This document shows positions 18,970 through 30,321 of a DNA stretch of 64,000 bases, one piece after another (positions within the stretch are counted from its first letter, which is position 1; each line of letters begins with the position of its first letter). Source of the DNA: Bacteroidetes bacterium GWF2_49_14 (lineage in GTDB: Bacteria > Bacteroidota > Bacteroidia > Bacteroidales > UBA12481); NCBI GenBank assembly GCA_001769295.1, contig MEOR01000127.1:31694-95693 (forward strand), read 5' to 3'. The translations under genes and the position numbers were made by a program. The notes beneath the pieces are model-generated. The model made no database searches. It saw only the letters and a list, made by a program, of their open reading frames with translations, and was not told the origin of the DNA.

Positions 18970-19746
18970 TTAAAATTTTGAAACTGCTTCGTCAATAATC
19001 ATAAAATCAGACAAAATATCAGCCCCATCTTCCCGTATCGCCACTGAATGTTCAAAATGTGCCGACGGTTTATGGTCATTGGTCCGAATCGTCCACCCAT
19101 CCCGTTCCTGATAAATATGTCTCTTACCAAGGTTAATCATGGGCTCAATCGCGATTGTCAAACCATTTTGTAAAACCGGACCTGTTCCCGGTCTACCGTA
19201 ATTAGGAACTTCCGGGGGTTCATGTAACTGCCTCCCAACTCCATGGCCAACCATCTCACGGACTACAGAGAATCCGTTTTGTTCAGCATGTTTTTGGACT
19301 GCGTTTCCGATATCACCTACCCGCTTTCCGCTTTTGGCCTCTTTTATTCCGAGTATAAGGCACTCCCTGGTAACTCTGACAAGTTTTGCTTTTTCAGGAG
19401 AAACCTCGCCCACCGTAAAAGTGTAGGCTGAATCCCCATGAAATCCGTTTAGCAGAACACCGCAATCAACGGAAACCAGATCGCCCTCCATCAGGACTCT
19501 TGCAGAGGGTATTCCATGCACAACCTGGTCATTGACCGAAATGCACAAGGAAGCCGGATAGCCGTGGTAACCTTTAAATCCAGGGACTCCACCATGATCC
19601 CTGATAAACTCCTCCGCTCGTTTGTCAATCGCATTGGTAGCCATTCCAGGCATCATCATTCCGGCTACAGCGGCCAGAGTAGCAGACACCAAGAGATTGC
19701 TTTGCCGAAGCAACTCAATCTCTTCGTCTGATTTTATTTGAAACAT
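18970..19746 (-). CDS. map: type I methionyl aminopeptidase
   Basis: MFQIKSDEEIELLRQSN..., metal-ligand regions DLVSVDCG, HGVG, IEPMI. Start moved to ATG 19746 to avoid overlapping the secY 3' end. Confidence 0.93.
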   Translation of the reverse strand: MFQIKSDEEIELLRQSNLLVSATLAAVAGMMMPGMATNAIDKRAEEFIRDHGGVPGFKGYHGYPASLCISVNDQVVHGIPSARVLMEGDLVSVDCGVLLNGFHGDSAYTFTVGEVSPEKAKLVRVTRECLILGIKEAKSGKRVGDIGNAVQKHAEQNGFSVVREMVGHGVGRQLHEPPEVPNYGRPGTGPVLQNGLTIAIEPMINLGKRHIYQERDGWTIRTNDHKPSAHFEHSVAIREDGADILSDFMIIDEAVSKF

Positions 19747-19765
19747 ACAAAGAACGCCAATTGCG

Positions 19766-21106
19766 CTAAATCGAAGAGGCACTACCGGTGCGGCCCTTAA
19801 TCCGTCCTGATTTCATCAGTCCGTCATAATGACGCATCAGCAGGTGACTTTCAACCTGTTGCAATGTATCCAGAACAACTCCCACAAGAATCAAAAGAGA
19901 GGTCCCTCCAAAGAACTGTGAAAATTGACTGTTGATTCCGATCAGGCTGGCTATTGCCGGCAAGACCGCAATAATTGCCAGGAAAATAGATCCGGGCAAT
20001 GTTATCCTCGACATTACGGTATCCAGGAATTCAACGGTTTTTCTACCGGGTTTAACACCGGGAATAAAACCACCATTCCTTTTCATGTCCTCAGCCATTT
20101 GGGTGGGGTTCACTGTTACAGCCGTATAGAAATAGGTAAATGCGATAATCAGGATAGCAAAAGTAAAATTGTACCAAAAGCCGCCATAGTTACCAAAGGT
20201 CTGTACAAATTTACTGGCAGCTTCAGAATTAAACTTGCCAAGCATCATTGGAAGAAACATAAAAGCCTGAGCAAAAATGATCGGCATAACACCAGCTGCA
20301 TTTATTTTCAGCGGTATATACTGACGAACGCCGCCGTATTGCTTGTTTCCAACGATTCGTTTAGCATATTGCACCGGCACTCGCCTGGTTGCTTGTACCA
20401 GGGCGATAGTCCCCATGATGACCACTAGCAACAGTATAATTTCCACCAGAACCATAACGAGGCCTCCACCTTGCTGCTCAAGTTTTTCAGCAAGTTCGGC
20501 GAACAGCGCAAAGGGAAGTCGGGCAATAATACCGATCATAATGATGAGCGATATCCCGTTGCCTACCCCCTTGTCGGTAATCCTTTCTCCAAGCCACATC
20601 ACGAACAGGGTTCCCGCTGTCAGGATTATTACCGATGAAATGGTAAAGAAAGGTCCGGGGTTTATAATGGCAGTTGTTGAAGCCAGCTGGACTTTAAGGT
20701 TAAATAAATAACTCGGCCCCTGAGCTGCAGTTATCAAAACGGTGAGCCATCGTGTTATCTGGTTCATTTTCTTCCGTCCGCTCTCACCTTCCTTCTGCAA
20801 ACGCTGGAAGTAGGGAATGGCGATTGTCATCAACTGCACTACAATTGATGCAGAGATATAAGGCATGATACCCAATGCGAAAATGGAGGCATTCGAAAAT
20901 GCTCCACCGGAGAACATGTCCAGTAACCCTTCCAATCCGGATGCTGTCTGCTGTTTCAGGGCATCAAGCTGGGTCGGATCAATCCCCGGCAATACGACAA
21001 AGCTGCCGAGCCGGTAAACCAAAACCAATCCTAGCGTGGTCAGGATTCTAGCACGGAGGTCTTCGATCCTCCATATATTCTTCAGGGTTTCAATAAATCT
21101 CTTCAT
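19766..21106 (-). CDS. secY: preprotein translocase subunit SecY
   Basis: 446 aa polytopic membrane protein. LRARILTTLGLVLVYRLGSFVVLPGI. Canonical position after rplO. Confidence 0.97.
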   Translation of the reverse strand: MKRFIETLKNIWRIEDLRARILTTLGLVLVYRLGSFVVLPGIDPTQLDALKQQTASGLEGLLDMFSGGAFSNASIFALGIMPYISASIVVQLMTIAIPYFQRLQKEGESGRKKMNQITRWLTVLITAAQGPSYLFNLKVQLASTTAIINPGPFFTISSVIILTAGTLFVMWLGERITDKGVGNGISLIIMIGIIARLPFALFAELAEKLEQQGGGLVMVLVEIILLLVVIMGTIALVQATRRVPVQYAKRIVGNKQYGGVRQYIPLKINAAGVMPIIFAQAFMFLPMMLGKFNSEAASKFVQTFGNYGGFWYNFTFAILIIAFTYFYTAVTVNPTQMAEDMKRNGGFIPGVKPGRKTVEFLDTVMSRITLPGSIFLAIIAVLPAIASLIGINSQFSQFFGGTSLLILVGVVLDTLQQVESHLLMRHYDGLMKSGRIKGRTGSASSI

Positions 21107-21110
21107 TCCG

Positions 21111-21557
21111 TTACAGTTTTACGACCGTTCCTTGTTGAGCTTCTATTGCTTTTACTGCGGATTCGGAAAACGCATGGGCTTTTACCTCCAGCTTCACAGT
21201 TAAGGTTCCGTTGCCGAGGATTTTTACACGGTCGTTTTTGTGTGCCAGACCGGCCCCTATCAGGGTATCCACATCGATAACAGAAATCTTGTTCTTATCT
21301 GCGAGCATCTGTAAGGTGCTGATATTGATCCCCTTAAATTCTTTACGGTTTATGTTTTTGAAACCGAATTTCGGGAGCCTGCGCTGAATAGGCATCTGAC
21401 CACCTTCAAAACCAACTTTCTTTGAATAGCCTGATCTTGATTGGGCACCTTTGTGACCACGGGTCGATGTACCGCCGTGTCCGGATCCCTGTCCGCGGCC
21501 AATTCGTTTCTCCCGGTGCACCGATCCTTCAGCTGGCTTCAGATTATGTAGTTCCAT
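21111..21557 (-). CDS. rplO: 50S ribosomal protein L15
   Basis: 148 aa. LKPAEGSVHREKRIGRGQGSGHGGTSTRGHKG. Confidence 0.97.
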   Translation of the reverse strand: MELHNLKPAEGSVHREKRIGRGQGSGHGGTSTRGHKGAQSRSGYSKKVGFEGGQMPIQRRLPKFGFKNINRKEFKGINISTLQMLADKNKISVIDVDTLIGAGLAHKNDRVKILGNGTLTVKLEVKAHAFSESAVKAIEAQQGTVVKL

Positions 21558-21581
21558 CGGATAAAATTTCTATCAAATTAA

Positions 21582-21764
21582 TTACTTAGTTTTTTCAACG
21601 GTTACCAGGTGGTGAACTTTTTCAACCATTCCCAGTATCTGGGGGGTAGCCTCCACGGTAACCGAGGCATGCATACGCCTCAACCCGAGGGCTCCGAGAG
21701 TTCGTTTCTGCCTCTCAGTCGTATGGATCTTACTTGTTGTCTGTGTAATCTTAATTTTGGCCAT
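21582..21764 (-). CDS. rpmD: 50S ribosomal protein L30
   Basis: 60 aa. MAKIKITQTTSKIHTTERQKRTLGALGL. Confidence 0.95.
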   Translation of the reverse strand: MAKIKITQTTSKIHTTERQKRTLGALGLRRMHASVTVEATPQILGMVEKVHHLVTVEKTK

Positions 21765-21784
21765 GATTTTCTTCGGTATCCGGG

Positions 21785-22300
21785 TTATCCATTAAATACT
21801 TTTTCCATGCTGACACCCCTGTGCTGAGCAACCGTAATCGCATCACGCATTTCGACGAGGGCTGCCATAGTTGCTTTAACCAGGTTATGCGGGTTGGAGG
21901 ATCCTTTGGACTTGGCAAGGACATTATGTATGCCGACGCTTTCCAGAACAGCCCGCATTGCACCACCGGCTTTCACTCCGGTACCTCCTGAAGCTGGTTT
22001 AAGCCAGACAGTAGCACCGCCAAATTTAGCCACCTGCTCGTGAGGTATGGTGCCGTTAATTACCGGAACTTTTATCAGGTTCTTCTTAGCTGCCTCAACA
22101 CCTTTGGCGATAGCGGTTGTTACCTCGTTGGCCTTACCCAGGCCCCAGCCGACAACGCCGTCTTCATTTCCAACCACAACTATGGCTGAGAAACTAAAAT
22201 TCCTACCACCTTTCGTGACTTTGGTTACCCTGTTGATTGCAACCAAACGGTCCTTCAATTCAAGATCACTTGTCTTTACCTTACGTACGCTCGTAGCCAT
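21785..22300 (-). CDS. rpsE: 30S ribosomal protein S5
   Basis: 171 aa. [36 protein letters not shown]. Confidence 0.97.
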   Translation of the reverse strand: MATSVRKVKTSDLELKDRLVAINRVTKVTKGGRNFSFSAIVVVGNEDGVVGWGLGKANEVTTAIAKGVEAAKKNLIKVPVINGTIPHEQVAKFGGATVWLKPASGGTGVKAGGAMRAVLESVGIHNVLAKSKGSSNPHNLVKATMAALVEMRDAITVAQHRGVSMEKVFNG

Positions 22301-22305
22301 ATTAT

Positions 22306-22665
22306 TTAGAATTTAAGCCCGCCTTCACGGGCTGCATCTGCCAACGATTTAATCCTTCCATGATACAAATAACCATTCCTGTCAAAAACAACAGAGGTAA
22401 TCCCGTTTGCCAGGGCCTTCTCAGCAATGAGTTTTCCAACTAATTTTGCCTGGTCAACTTTATTAATTCCAGTGTTTTTTGCGACCTCTTTTTCCAGCGA
22501 AGAAGCTGAAATCAGGGTTTTTCCGGTATGATCATCAATCAACTGAACAGAAATCTGCTTGTTGCTCCGGTATACGGTAAGCCTTGGACTTTCGGTTGAA
22601 CCGGCCAGGGTTTTCCGTATTCTGTTCTTGATTTTCAGTCTGCGCTCGTGCTTTGAAAAAGCCAT
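22306..22665 (-). CDS. rplR: 50S ribosomal protein L18
   Basis: 119 aa. [19 protein letters not shown]...[28 protein letters not shown]. Confidence 0.97.
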   Translation of the reverse strand: MAFSKHERRLKIKNRIRKTLAGSTESPRLTVYRSNKQISVQLIDDHTGKTLISASSLEKEVAKNTGINKVDQAKLVGKLIAEKALANGITSVVFDRNGYLYHGRIKSLADAAREGGLKF

Positions 22666-22709
22666 GTTCTATAGATTTTAGCGAATTACTTTTTTCTGAC
22701 TATCTGGCA

Positions 22710-23264
22710 CTAACTGCCTGCAGCCTTACCTGCTTTGCGGCGCAGTACCTCATTAACAAATTTGATACCCTTGCCTTTGTAAGGCTCCGGTGGACGAAGC
22801 GAACGGATTTTTGCGGCAACCTGACCGATCAGCTGTTTATCAATGCTCTTCAGGGTGACGATCGGGTTACTACGACGCTCGGTTACCGCCTGAACTGAAA
22901 TTTCTTCAGGAAGCTGGATCACATATGGGTGTGAAAACCCAAGATGCAGTTCCAGAATTTGCCCTTCAACGGTAGCTTTGTAACCGACTCCAACCAGTTC
23001 CTGTTTAATTTCATAGCCTTTCGACACACCGATTACCATATTATGAATCAGGGATCTGTAAAGGCCATGCAGTGAGCGATGACGTTTCTGGTCCGTTGGA
23101 CGAGAGACAATTATCTGACCCTCCTCAACTTTTACCTGAATATCGGGATCGACCATCTGGTTCAGTGTACCAAGGGGTCCTTTAACTTCAACCCGGTTGT
23201 CGGGATGAACCGTAATGCTGACCCCAGCGGGTAGTGTTATTGGTAATTTTCCAATACGTGACAT
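22710..23264 (-). CDS. rplF: 50S ribosomal protein L6
   Basis: 184 aa. MSRIGKLPITLPAGVSITV. Confidence 0.97.
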   Translation of the reverse strand: MSRIGKLPITLPAGVSITVHPDNRVEVKGPLGTLNQMVDPDIQVKVEEGQIIVSRPTDQKRHRSLHGLYRSLIHNMVIGVSKGYEIKQELVGVGYKATVEGQILELHLGFSHPYVIQLPEEISVQAVTERRSNPIVTLKSIDKQLIGQVAAKIRSLRPPEPYKGKGIKFVNEVLRRKAGKAAGS

Positions 23265-23276
23265 TGATAATCCTTT

Positions 23277-23672
23277 TTAATAAACGTAACAAATAACTTC
23301 ACCACCCACGTTCTCTCTGCGGGCTTCCTTATCTGTCATCAAGCCTTTAGAGGTTGAAAGAATGGCGATACCCATCCCGTTCAAAACCCGCGGCAGCCCG
23401 TCAACATCAATATACTTACGCAATCCCGGTTTGCTGATCCGCTTCAGACTCTTGATAGCAGGAACTTTTGAGATCGGATGGTATTTCAGTGCAATCTTGA
23501 TGACACCCTGCGGTGCGGTATCCTCGAATTTATAACTCAGGATATAGCCTTTTTCAAATAATATCTTGGTAATCTCCTTCTTCAGGTTCGATGAAGGAAT
23601 CTCTACCACCTTATGCTTAGCCATGATCGCGTTCCGTACGCGGGTCAGGTAATCTGCAATTGGATCAGTCAT
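23277..23672 (-). CDS. rpsH: 30S ribosomal protein S8
   Basis: 131 aa. [20 protein letters not shown]. Confidence 0.97.
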   Translation of the reverse strand: MTDPIADYLTRVRNAIMAKHKVVEIPSSNLKKEITKILFEKGYILSYKFEDTAPQGVIKIALKYHPISKVPAIKSLKRISKPGLRKYIDVDGLPRVLNGMGIAILSTSKGLMTDKEARRENVGGEVICYVY

Positions 23673-23690
23673 TTCTTTACAATATTTTTA

Positions 23691-23960
23691 TTACCAACTT
23701 GCTTTCTTAATTCCCGGTATCAGTCCCTGGGAAGCCATTTCCCTGAACTGAATACGGCTGACGCCAAACTGCCTCATATAACCTTTCGGACGACCGGTCA
23801 GATTGCACCTGTTATGCAGGCGAACTTTCGATGAGTTCTTGGGAAGCGCATCAAGACCGGCAAAATCACCTTCTGCCTTCAATTTGGCACGTTTCTCAGC
23901 ATATTTTGCCACCATTTTCTGCCGCTTCACTTCGCGGGCTTTCATGGATTCTTTAGCCAT
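23691..23960 (-). CDS. rpsN: 30S ribosomal protein S14 (long, non-zinc form)
   Basis: 89 aa. [20 protein letters not shown]..., ends PGIKKASW. Only one Cys. Confidence 0.96.
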   Translation of the reverse strand: MAKESMKAREVKRQKMVAKYAEKRAKLKAEGDFAGLDALPKNSSKVRLHNRCNLTGRPKGYMRQFGVSRIQFREMASQGLIPGIKKASW

Positions 23961-23963
23961 ACC

Positions 23964-24521
23964 CTATTTCTTATTGATTGTTTTAAAAGGCATTCCGAAC
24001 TCCTTCAGCAATGCAAAACCTTCTTCGTCCGACCTGGCGTCAGTAACGAAAGTAATTTCCATTCCGATCATTGAATGCATCTTGTCGATGTCAATCTCGG
24101 GGAAAATGATTTGCTCGCTGATACCTAAGGTATAATTCCCCTTGCCGTCAAATTTTGCAGCTACTCCGTTAAAATCTCTGATTCTGGGAAGAGCTACGGC
24201 GATAAGGCGTTCAAGGAACTCGTACATCTTTTCGCGACGAAGGGTAACTTTTACTCCGATCGGCATACCTTTCCTGAGTTTGAAGTTTGATATATCCTTC
24301 TTTGAAAAAGTCTGCACCGCTTTTTGACCGGTAATGTTGGTTAATTCTTCCTGTGCAACCTCGATCAGTTTTTTATCAGCCACAGCCTTTCCGACTCCAC
24401 GGTTAACAACAATTTTCCTTAGGCGGGGTACCTGCATTACGCTCTTATAACTAAACTCTTTTGTCAGAGCCGGAATTACTTCATTCCGGTATTTGGTCTT
24501 TAGATTAGGCGTATATTCCAT
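23964..24521 (-). CDS. rplE: 50S ribosomal protein L5
   Basis: 185 aa. [28 protein letters not shown]. Confidence 0.97.
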   Translation of the reverse strand: MEYTPNLKTKYRNEVIPALTKEFSYKSVMQVPRLRKIVVNRGVGKAVADKKLIEVAQEELTNITGQKAVQTFSKKDISNFKLRKGMPIGVKVTLRREKMYEFLERLIAVALPRIRDFNGVAAKFDGKGNYTLGISEQIIFPEIDIDKMHSMIGMEITFVTDARSDEEGFALLKEFGMPFKTINKK

Positions 24522-24844
24522 TACTTGATCTCCTCTCCAGATTTTTTGGCGTAACGCACCAGTTTTCCTTTATCATCCAACCGACGGCCGATCCGGGTTG
24601 GTTTTCCGGAGGTAGGATCCAGATGCATCAGGTTTGATACATGAATCGGCCCTTCCTTTTTGATAATACCACCCTGGGGGGCATTTTTATCTGCCTTGGT
24701 GTGCTTTGACAGCATGTTGACGCCTTCGACGATCGCGCGGTCTTTCTTACGGATCACTTCCAGCACTCTTCCTTGCTGTCCTTTGGAGTTACCGGCAATT
24801 ACGAGAACGGTATCTCCTTTTTTAATATTCATTTTCTTCTGCAT
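24521..24844 (-). CDS. rplX: 50S ribosomal protein L24
   Basis: 107 aa. [25 protein letters not shown] motif. Confidence 0.97.
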   Translation of the reverse strand: MQKKMNIKKGDTVLVIAGNSKGQQGRVLEVIRKKDRAIVEGVNMLSKHTKADKNAPQGGIIKKEGPIHVSNLMHLDPTSGKPTRIGRRLDDKGKLVRYAKKSGEEIK

Positions 24845-24860
24845 GTTCAGTGCTTTATCT

Positions 24861-25226
24861 TTATAACACTTCTGGAGCGAGGGAAACGATCTTCATATAG
24901 TTCTCTCGCAATTCCCTGGCAACGGGCCCAAAAATACGGGTTCCGCGAATCTCGCCGGTTGCGTTCAAAAGTACACAGGCGTTATCATCGAAACGGATAT
25001 AGGATCCGTCATTACGTCGTATCTCCTTGGAGGTACGCACAACGACAGCCTTGGAGACGGTACCCTTTTTAAGTTCACCGCCCGGCAAAGCGGATTTAAC
25101 TGTAACAACCACCTTATCTCCTACAGTGGCATATTTCTTGCCGGTTCCGCCTAACACGCGGATGCAAAGGACTTCTTTGGCACCGCTGTTATCGGCAACG
25201 ATCATTCGGGACTCTTGCTGTATCAT
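24861..25226 (-). CDS. rplN: 50S ribosomal protein L14
   Basis: 121 aa. [27 protein letters not shown]. Confidence 0.97.
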   Translation of the reverse strand: MIQQESRMIVADNSGAKEVLCIRVLGGTGKKYATVGDKVVVTVKSALPGGELKKGTVSKAVVVRTSKEIRRNDGSYIRFDDNACVLLNATGEIRGTRIFGPVARELRENYMKIVSLAPEVL

Positions 25227-25228
25227 GG

Positions 25229-25489
25229 CTACTTAGCTCTTTCAATAATTTCAACTAATCTCCAGTTTTTCAGCTTGCTCAGCGGGCGGGTTTCCATGAT
25301 ACGGACCAGGTCACCCTCATTACAGGTATTCTGTTCGTCATGAGCAACAAATTTGGTGGTCTTGTTTACAAACTTCCCGTAAATAGGATGTTTTACCTTT
25401 CTGTTAACAGCAACCACAATGGACTTGTCCATTTTATTGCTGACGACCACACCGGTACGTTCCTTGCGCAGGTTTCTCTTACCTTCCAT
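25229..25489 (-). CDS. rpsQ: 30S ribosomal protein S17
   Basis: 86 aa. [33 protein letters not shown]. Confidence 0.97.
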   Translation of the reverse strand: MEGKRNLRKERTGVVVSNKMDKSIVVAVNRKVKHPIYGKFVNKTTKFVAHDEQNTCNEGDLVRIMETRPLSKLKNWRLVEIIERAK

Positions 25490-25492
25490 GGA

Positions 25493-25702
25493 TTATTCGC
25501 TTTTCTTGTTTTCAATTAATTGCCGCTTGCGCAATTCCGTTGTCAGCTGTGCAACCAGGCGCCTGGTAAACCGGATATTGTGCGGATGATCCAACGGTGA
25601 TACCGTATGGTTCATCTGCATCCGAACCAGATTGCTTTTCTCAGTTTCAATCCGTTCATTCAGCTCCTTGGCCGTCAGTTCGCGAATCTCTACGTTTTTC
25701 AT
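25493..25702 (-). CDS. rpmC: 50S ribosomal protein L29
   Basis: 69 aa. [27 protein letters not shown]. Confidence 0.95.
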   Translation of the reverse strand: MKNVEIRELTAKELNERIETEKSNLVRMQMNHTVSPLDHPHNIRFTRRLVAQLTTELRKRQLIENKKSE

Positions 25703-26136
25703 TATTCGTTATTTGTATCTTCAACAAAATCCCGTGCAATAATAAACTTGGTTTTAACCGGCAGTTTCTGTGCGGCAAGGCGTAGTGCTTCGCGCGCCAT
25801 CTCCAGTGAAACGCCTTCAGCTTCAAAAAGGATTCTGCCGGGAGTAACTCTGGCAACAAATCCTTCCGGGGCTCCCTTACCTTTACCCATACGTACCTCA
25901 GCAGGCTTTTTGGTTATGGGTTTGTCAGGGAAAACACGGATCCAAATCTGCCCCTGACGTTGCATATGTCGGGTTACGGCAACACGGGCAGCCTCAAGCT
26001 GACGACCGGTCATCCAGCAGGTTTCCAATGCCTTGATGCCAAAAGAGCCAAAGGCCAGCTGGTTTCCCCGCTGTGAATTGCCTTTCATCCTGCCCTTCTG
26101 CTGCCTTCTGTATTTCGTTTTTTTCGGTTGTAACAT
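25702..26136 (-). CDS. rplP: 50S ribosomal protein L16
   Basis: 144 aa. [19 protein letters not shown]. Confidence 0.97.
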   Translation of the reverse strand: MLQPKKTKYRRQQKGRMKGNSQRGNQLAFGSFGIKALETCWMTGRQLEAARVAVTRHMQRQGQIWIRVFPDKPITKKPAEVRMGKGKGAPEGFVARVTPGRILFEAEGVSLEMAREALRLAAQKLPVKTKFIIARDFVEDTNNE

Positions 26137-26162
26137 GGCTATTTGCTTTTATCAGTCGATTA

Positions 26163-26855
26163 TTAGCCTCTTCTTTTCTTGAAAGTCTTTTTTGGAGCTT
26201 TTGCGCCAATGTTCGGAGACAGGTCGCGTTTTCCAAAAATTTCACCTTTGCAAATCCAAACCTTGATCCCGGTGGTGCCGACTTTAGTATGGGCTTCTGC
26301 AAGCGCATAATCTATATCGGCCCGGAGTGTATGTAAAGGAATTCTTCCCTCTTTATACGTTTCCGAACGGGCCATTTCGGCACCGTTCAGACGCCCTGAA
26401 ATCTGTATTTTGATCCCTTCAGCACCCATACGGATAGTAGAGGCAATGGCCATTTTAATGGCACGTCTGTAGGCGATTTTACCTTCCAGCTGGCGGGCAA
26501 CATTAGTTGCAACGATTACCGCATCCAACTCAGGTCTTTTAATTTCAAAGATGTTGATCTGAACTTCCTTGCTCGTAATCTTCTTAAGTTCTTCCTTCAG
26601 CTTGTCAACTTCCTGGCCACCTTTGCCGATGATAATACCGGGACGGGCAGTATTCACAGTGATAGTGATCAACTTAAGGGTTCTTTCAATAACGATTTTT
26701 GATACGCTTGCCTTGGAGAGCCGGGCATTCAGGTATTCACGGATTTTAAAATCCTCAACCAATTTCTCGGTAAAGTCACTGCCGCCATACCAGTTGGAGT
26801 CCCAACCTTTAATAATTCCCAGGCGATTGCTAATCGGGTTAACTTTTTGTCCCAT
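26163..26855 (-). CDS. rpsC: 30S ribosomal protein S3
   Basis: 230 aa. [23 protein letters not shown]. Confidence 0.97.
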   Translation of the reverse strand: MGQKVNPISNRLGIIKGWDSNWYGGSDFTEKLVEDFKIREYLNARLSKASVSKIVIERTLKLITITVNTARPGIIIGKGGQEVDKLKEELKKITSKEVQINIFEIKRPELDAVIVATNVARQLEGKIAYRRAIKMAIASTIRMGAEGIKIQISGRLNGAEMARSETYKEGRIPLHTLRADIDYALAEAHTKVGTTGIKVWICKGEIFGKRDLSPNIGAKAPKKTFKKRRG

Positions 26856-27272
26856 CTATGCGTCCGTTTTTTCGACTTGTTTACGACTGTCCAGGAAAAT
26901 TGTAACGTGGTTAGAGCGCTTCTTGATCCGGTGACCGCGTCCTTGCGGAGCAGGGCGTAACCGTTTCAGTATTCTGGCTGAATCCACGAACACTTGTTTA
27001 ACATACAGGTGGCTGTCCTCAATTCTGACACCGTCGTTCTTTGCCTGCCAGTTTGAGATTGCCGACATTAAAAGTTTCTCCATCTTCCGGGAGGCTTCTT
27101 TAGGGTTAAACCTAAGAACATCCAAGGCACGCTGAACTTCCATTCCACGGATCATATCGGCTACCAGCCTCATTTTACGGGGTGAAGTCGGATTGTTGCG
27201 AAGGGCCGCCAGGAACTGATCCTTGCGCTCTTCTTTGGTCCGGTTTGCCCGCTCTTGCTTTCTGGATCCCAT
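26856..27272 (-). CDS. rplV: 50S ribosomal protein L22
   Basis: 138 aa. [26 protein letters not shown]. Confidence 0.96.
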   Translation of the reverse strand: MGSRKQERANRTKEERKDQFLAALRNNPTSPRKMRLVADMIRGMEVQRALDVLRFNPKEASRKMEKLLMSAISNWQAKNDGVRIEDSHLYVKQVFVDSARILKRLRPAPQGRGHRIKKRSNHVTIFLDSRKQVEKTDA

Positions 27273-27312
27273 TATTCTGAGTTTTTATCTTCTCGGTTAT
27301 GCAATATTCTGA

Positions 27313-27582
27313 TTACTTCTTCCGGTTACCGGCATGGCCACGGAAGTTCCGGGTGGGTGCAAATTCTCCCAGCTTGTGCCCTACCATATTCTCTGTAATG
27401 TAAACCGGAATAAACTTGTTGCCGTTATGCACAGCAATAGTATGTCCTACGAAATCCGGAGAGATGATGCTTCGGCGCGCCCATGTTTTCACAACCGACT
27501 TCTTGCCGCTTGTATTCAGGGCAAGGACCCGCTTCTCCAGACTGAATTCGATAAATGGACCTTTTTTAAGTGATCGGCTCAT
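27313..27582 (-). CDS. rpsS: 30S ribosomal protein S19
   Basis: 89 aa. [15 protein letters not shown]...[29 protein letters not shown]. Confidence 0.97.
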   Translation of the reverse strand: MSRSLKKGPFIEFSLEKRVLALNTSGKKSVVKTWARRSIISPDFVGHTIAVHNGNKFIPVYITENMVGHKLGEFAPTRNFRGHAGNRKK

Positions 27583-27600
27583 ACAATCGTTTATTTACGG

Positions 27601-28425
27601 TTACTTTTTACGTCTTTCTAGGATAAACTTCGATGAGGATTTTTTCGGCCTGCGGGTTTTGTAACCTTTTGCAAGCAGACCCTTCCTCGAACGCGGGTGA
27701 CCACCGGAAGCACGACCTTCACCACCACCCATTGGGTGATCCACCGGGTTCATTACCACACCCCTGACTCTCGGGCGTCTTCCCTGCCAACGCTTACGGC
27801 CGGCTTTTCCATCGCTCTCAAGTCCGTGGTCGGAATTTGAAACGGTTCCAACGGTGGCGCGGCATGTTGTTAATACCAACCGGGTTTCACCCGACGGGAG
27901 TTTTATAATTGCATACCTTCCTTCACGGGAAACGATCTGGGCATAGGTACCGGCACTTCTGGCCATAGCACCGCCCTGACCGGGCCGGAGTTCTATGTTA
28001 TGAACAATCGTCCCCAACGGTATCTCGCCAAGAGGAAGGCTGTTTCCGATTTCCGGAGCAATACCGGTACCGGAAAGAATGGCCTGGCCTACGGTTAATC
28101 CGTTTGGTGCCAACATATAACGCTTTTCACCATCGGCATAAACCAGCAGGGCGATGCGGGCAGTACGGTTAGGATCATATTCTATTGTAGTCACTTTTGC
28201 CGGGATACCGTCTTTGTCGCGCTTAAAGTCGATCATACGGTACATCTGCTTATGACCGCCGCCCATATACCTCATGGTCATCCGGCCATTGCTGTTCCGT
28301 CCGCCTGACTTTTTGACGGGCTTTAATAAAGATTTTTCAGGTGACGTATGAGTGATTTCCTCAAACGTCCCTATAATTTTCTTTCTCTGCCCCGGCGTTA
28401 CGGGTTTAAAACTGCGAACTGCCAT
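27601..28425 (-). CDS. rplB: 50S ribosomal protein L2
   Basis: 274 aa. [14 protein letters not shown]..., [15 protein letters not shown]. Confidence 0.97.
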   Translation of the reverse strand: MAVRSFKPVTPGQRKKIIGTFEEITHTSPEKSLLKPVKKSGGRNSNGRMTMRYMGGGHKQMYRMIDFKRDKDGIPAKVTTIEYDPNRTARIALLVYADGEKRYMLAPNGLTVGQAILSGTGIAPEIGNSLPLGEIPLGTIVHNIELRPGQGGAMARSAGTYAQIVSREGRYAIIKLPSGETRLVLTTCRATVGTVSNSDHGLESDGKAGRKRWQGRRPRVRGVVMNPVDHPMGGGEGRASGGHPRSRKGLLAKGYKTRRPKKSSSKFILERRKK

Positions 28426-28432
28426 TTCTTAG

Positions 28433-28723
28433 TTAAATATTGCTGTAAAAATCTATTACATCTCCATCAACCAGGCTAACAACTGCTTTCTTGAAGGCAT
28501 TTGTTTTCCCCCGGACAAGTCCGTTTTTGGTAAAACGCGATTTCTCCTTGCTTCCGTAACGCATAGTGTTAACAGAAACAACCGAGACTCCGTACATATC
28601 CTGTACAGCCTTCTTGATCTGATATTTATTGGCCCTTTTATCAACGATAAAACCGTAGCATTTCAGGACTTCAGTCTGGCCTGTCATTTTTTCGGTTACG
28701 ATCGGTTTAATCAGAATATCCAT
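28433..28723 (-). CDS. rplW: 50S ribosomal protein L23
   Basis: MDILIKPIVTEKMTGQTE.... ATG 28723 is chosen because the track start at 28753 overlaps the rplD 3' end. Confidence 0.95.
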   Translation of the reverse strand: MDILIKPIVTEKMTGQTEVLKCYGFIVDKRANKYQIKKAVQDMYGVSVVSVNTMRYGSKEKSRFTKNGLVRGKTNAFKKAVVSLVDGDVIDFYSNI

Positions 28724-28733
28724 GGTTTCCCTT

Positions 28734-29363
28734 TTATTGTCCGAAATTTGCATTCAAAGCTTCAATTGAACTCTCAACAAAGGTAACAGTTGAAGCATTT
28801 AATATATCATAAGTGTTTAGGTCTGAAACCATTACAACTTTAATACCCTGTAAATTTCGAGACGACAAATATACGTTTTTATTTGGTTCATTTAAAACCA
28901 GAAGCATTTTTTTGTCGCCAGATTTCAGGCTCTGCTTGATCTCAGCCATTGTCCGGGTTTTTGGTCCCTCCATGACGAAATCTTCAACAACCACAATCTG
29001 AGAACCTTGAGCCTTATAGGTAAGGGCTGATTTCCGCGCCAGTTGCTTAACTTTTTTGTTCAGTTTGAAACTGTAGTCACGGGGAACCGGACCAAAAACC
29101 CTGCCGCCACCCCGGAAAAGAGGTGATTTGATGCTGCCGGCACGTGCCCCGCCAGTACCTTTTTGTCTTTTCAACTTTTTGGTACTTCCGGCGATCTCAT
29201 TCCGCTGCTTGGCTTTGTGGGTACCTTGCCTGCGATTGGCCAGGTGCTGTTTCACATCCAGGTAGATGGCATGATCATTCGGACTGATGGCGAAAACCTC
29301 GTCCTGCAGCTCCACGGTCCGCCCGGTCTCTTCACCGGAAGTCTTGTATACTGCTACTTTCAT
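28734..29363 (-). CDS. rplD: 50S ribosomal protein L4
   Basis: 209 aa. [31 protein letters not shown]. Confidence 0.97.
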   Translation of the reverse strand: MKVAVYKTSGEETGRTVELQDEVFAISPNDHAIYLDVKQHLANRRQGTHKAKQRNEIAGSTKKLKRQKGTGGARAGSIKSPLFRGGGRVFGPVPRDYSFKLNKKVKQLARKSALTYKAQGSQIVVVEDFVMEGPKTRTMAEIKQSLKSGDKKMLLVLNEPNKNVYLSSRNLQGIKVVMVSDLNTYDILNASTVTFVESSIEALNANFGQ

Positions 29364-29983
29364 TACTTCTCAATTATTAAGTATGAACCTTTTGCTCCAG
29401 GAACAGAACCTTTCAAAATCATCAGGTTATGTTCAGGAATAATTTTCATGATCTGGAGACTGATCATCTTAACGGAATTCCCGCCAGTCTGACCTGCCAT
29501 ACGCATACCCTTCAGTACGCGGCTCGGATAGGATGAAGCCCCGATTGAACCCGGTGCCCTCAGGCGGTTGTGCTGGCCGTGAGTATTATCTCCTACGCCC
29601 CCAAAACCATGGCGCTTGATTACGCCCTGGAAACCTTTTCCCTTAGCAACACCTGTTACATCTACCCAGCGATCATTTGTAAATGTTTCCACTGTGATGA
29701 CATCTCCCAGGTTAACTTGTTCGCCATTGTCTTTTTGGAACTCGGCAAGCTCCCTTTTTGGTGTGGTGTTGGCCTTTTTAAAATGGCCCAACATCGGTTT
29801 TGGGGTGTTCTTTTCCTTTTTATCGTCAAAGGCCACCTGCACAGCTTCATACCCGTCTCTATCATGGGTCTTGACCTGGGTAACCACACAAGGACCAACT
29901 TCAATCACCGTGCATGGAACATTTTTTCCATCAGCATCGAAGACAGAAGTCATCCCGATTTTTTTCCCGATTAAGCCTTGCAT
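29363..29983 (-). CDS. rplC: 50S ribosomal protein L3
   Basis: 206 aa. [19 protein letters not shown]. Confidence 0.97.
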   Translation of the reverse strand: MQGLIGKKIGMTSVFDADGKNVPCTVIEVGPCVVTQVKTHDRDGYEAVQVAFDDKKEKNTPKPMLGHFKKANTTPKRELAEFQKDNGEQVNLGDVITVETFTNDRWVDVTGVAKGKGFQGVIKRHGFGGVGDNTHGQHNRLRAPGSIGASSYPSRVLKGMRMAGQTGGNSVKMISLQIMKIIPEHNLMILKGSVPGAKGSYLIIEK

Positions 29984-30000
29984 CTTATTAGCTCTTATAA

Positions 30001-30306
30001 TTATACTTTTATTTCAACTTCAACCCCGCTGGGCAGTTCCAGTTTCATCAGCGCATCAATTGTCTTCGCTGTGGAACTGTAGATATCGATCAGCCTCTTG
30101 TAGGAGCTAAGTTGAAATTGCTCCCTGGATTTTTTATTTACAAAAGTTGATCTCAGAACCGTAAATATTCTGGTATGGGTTGGAAGCGGTATCGGACCGC
30201 TTACTACGGCTCCGGTGCTTTTTACCGTTTTCACGATCTTTTCGGCAGACTTGTCTACCAGGTTATGATCGTAAGACTTCAACTTAATCCTAATTTTCTG
30301 ACTCAT
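30001..30306 (-). CDS. rpsJ: 30S ribosomal protein S10
   Basis: 101 aa. [25 protein letters not shown]. Confidence 0.97.
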   Translation of the reverse strand: MSQKIRIKLKSYDHNLVDKSAEKIVKTVKSTGAVVSGPIPLPTHTRIFTVLRSTFVNKKSREQFQLSSYKRLIDIYSSTAKTIDALMKLELPSGVEVEIKV

Positions 30307-30321
30307 TCGTATGTGTTTTTA

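Noticed and set aside
23885-23900. Sigma-54 -24/-12-like sequence TGGCACGTTTCTCAGC (also TGGCAC at 22696)
   Set aside because: The GG-to-GC spacing is off by one or more nucleotides, the -12 element is not TTGC, and both sites lie inside or antisense to ribosomal protein genes.
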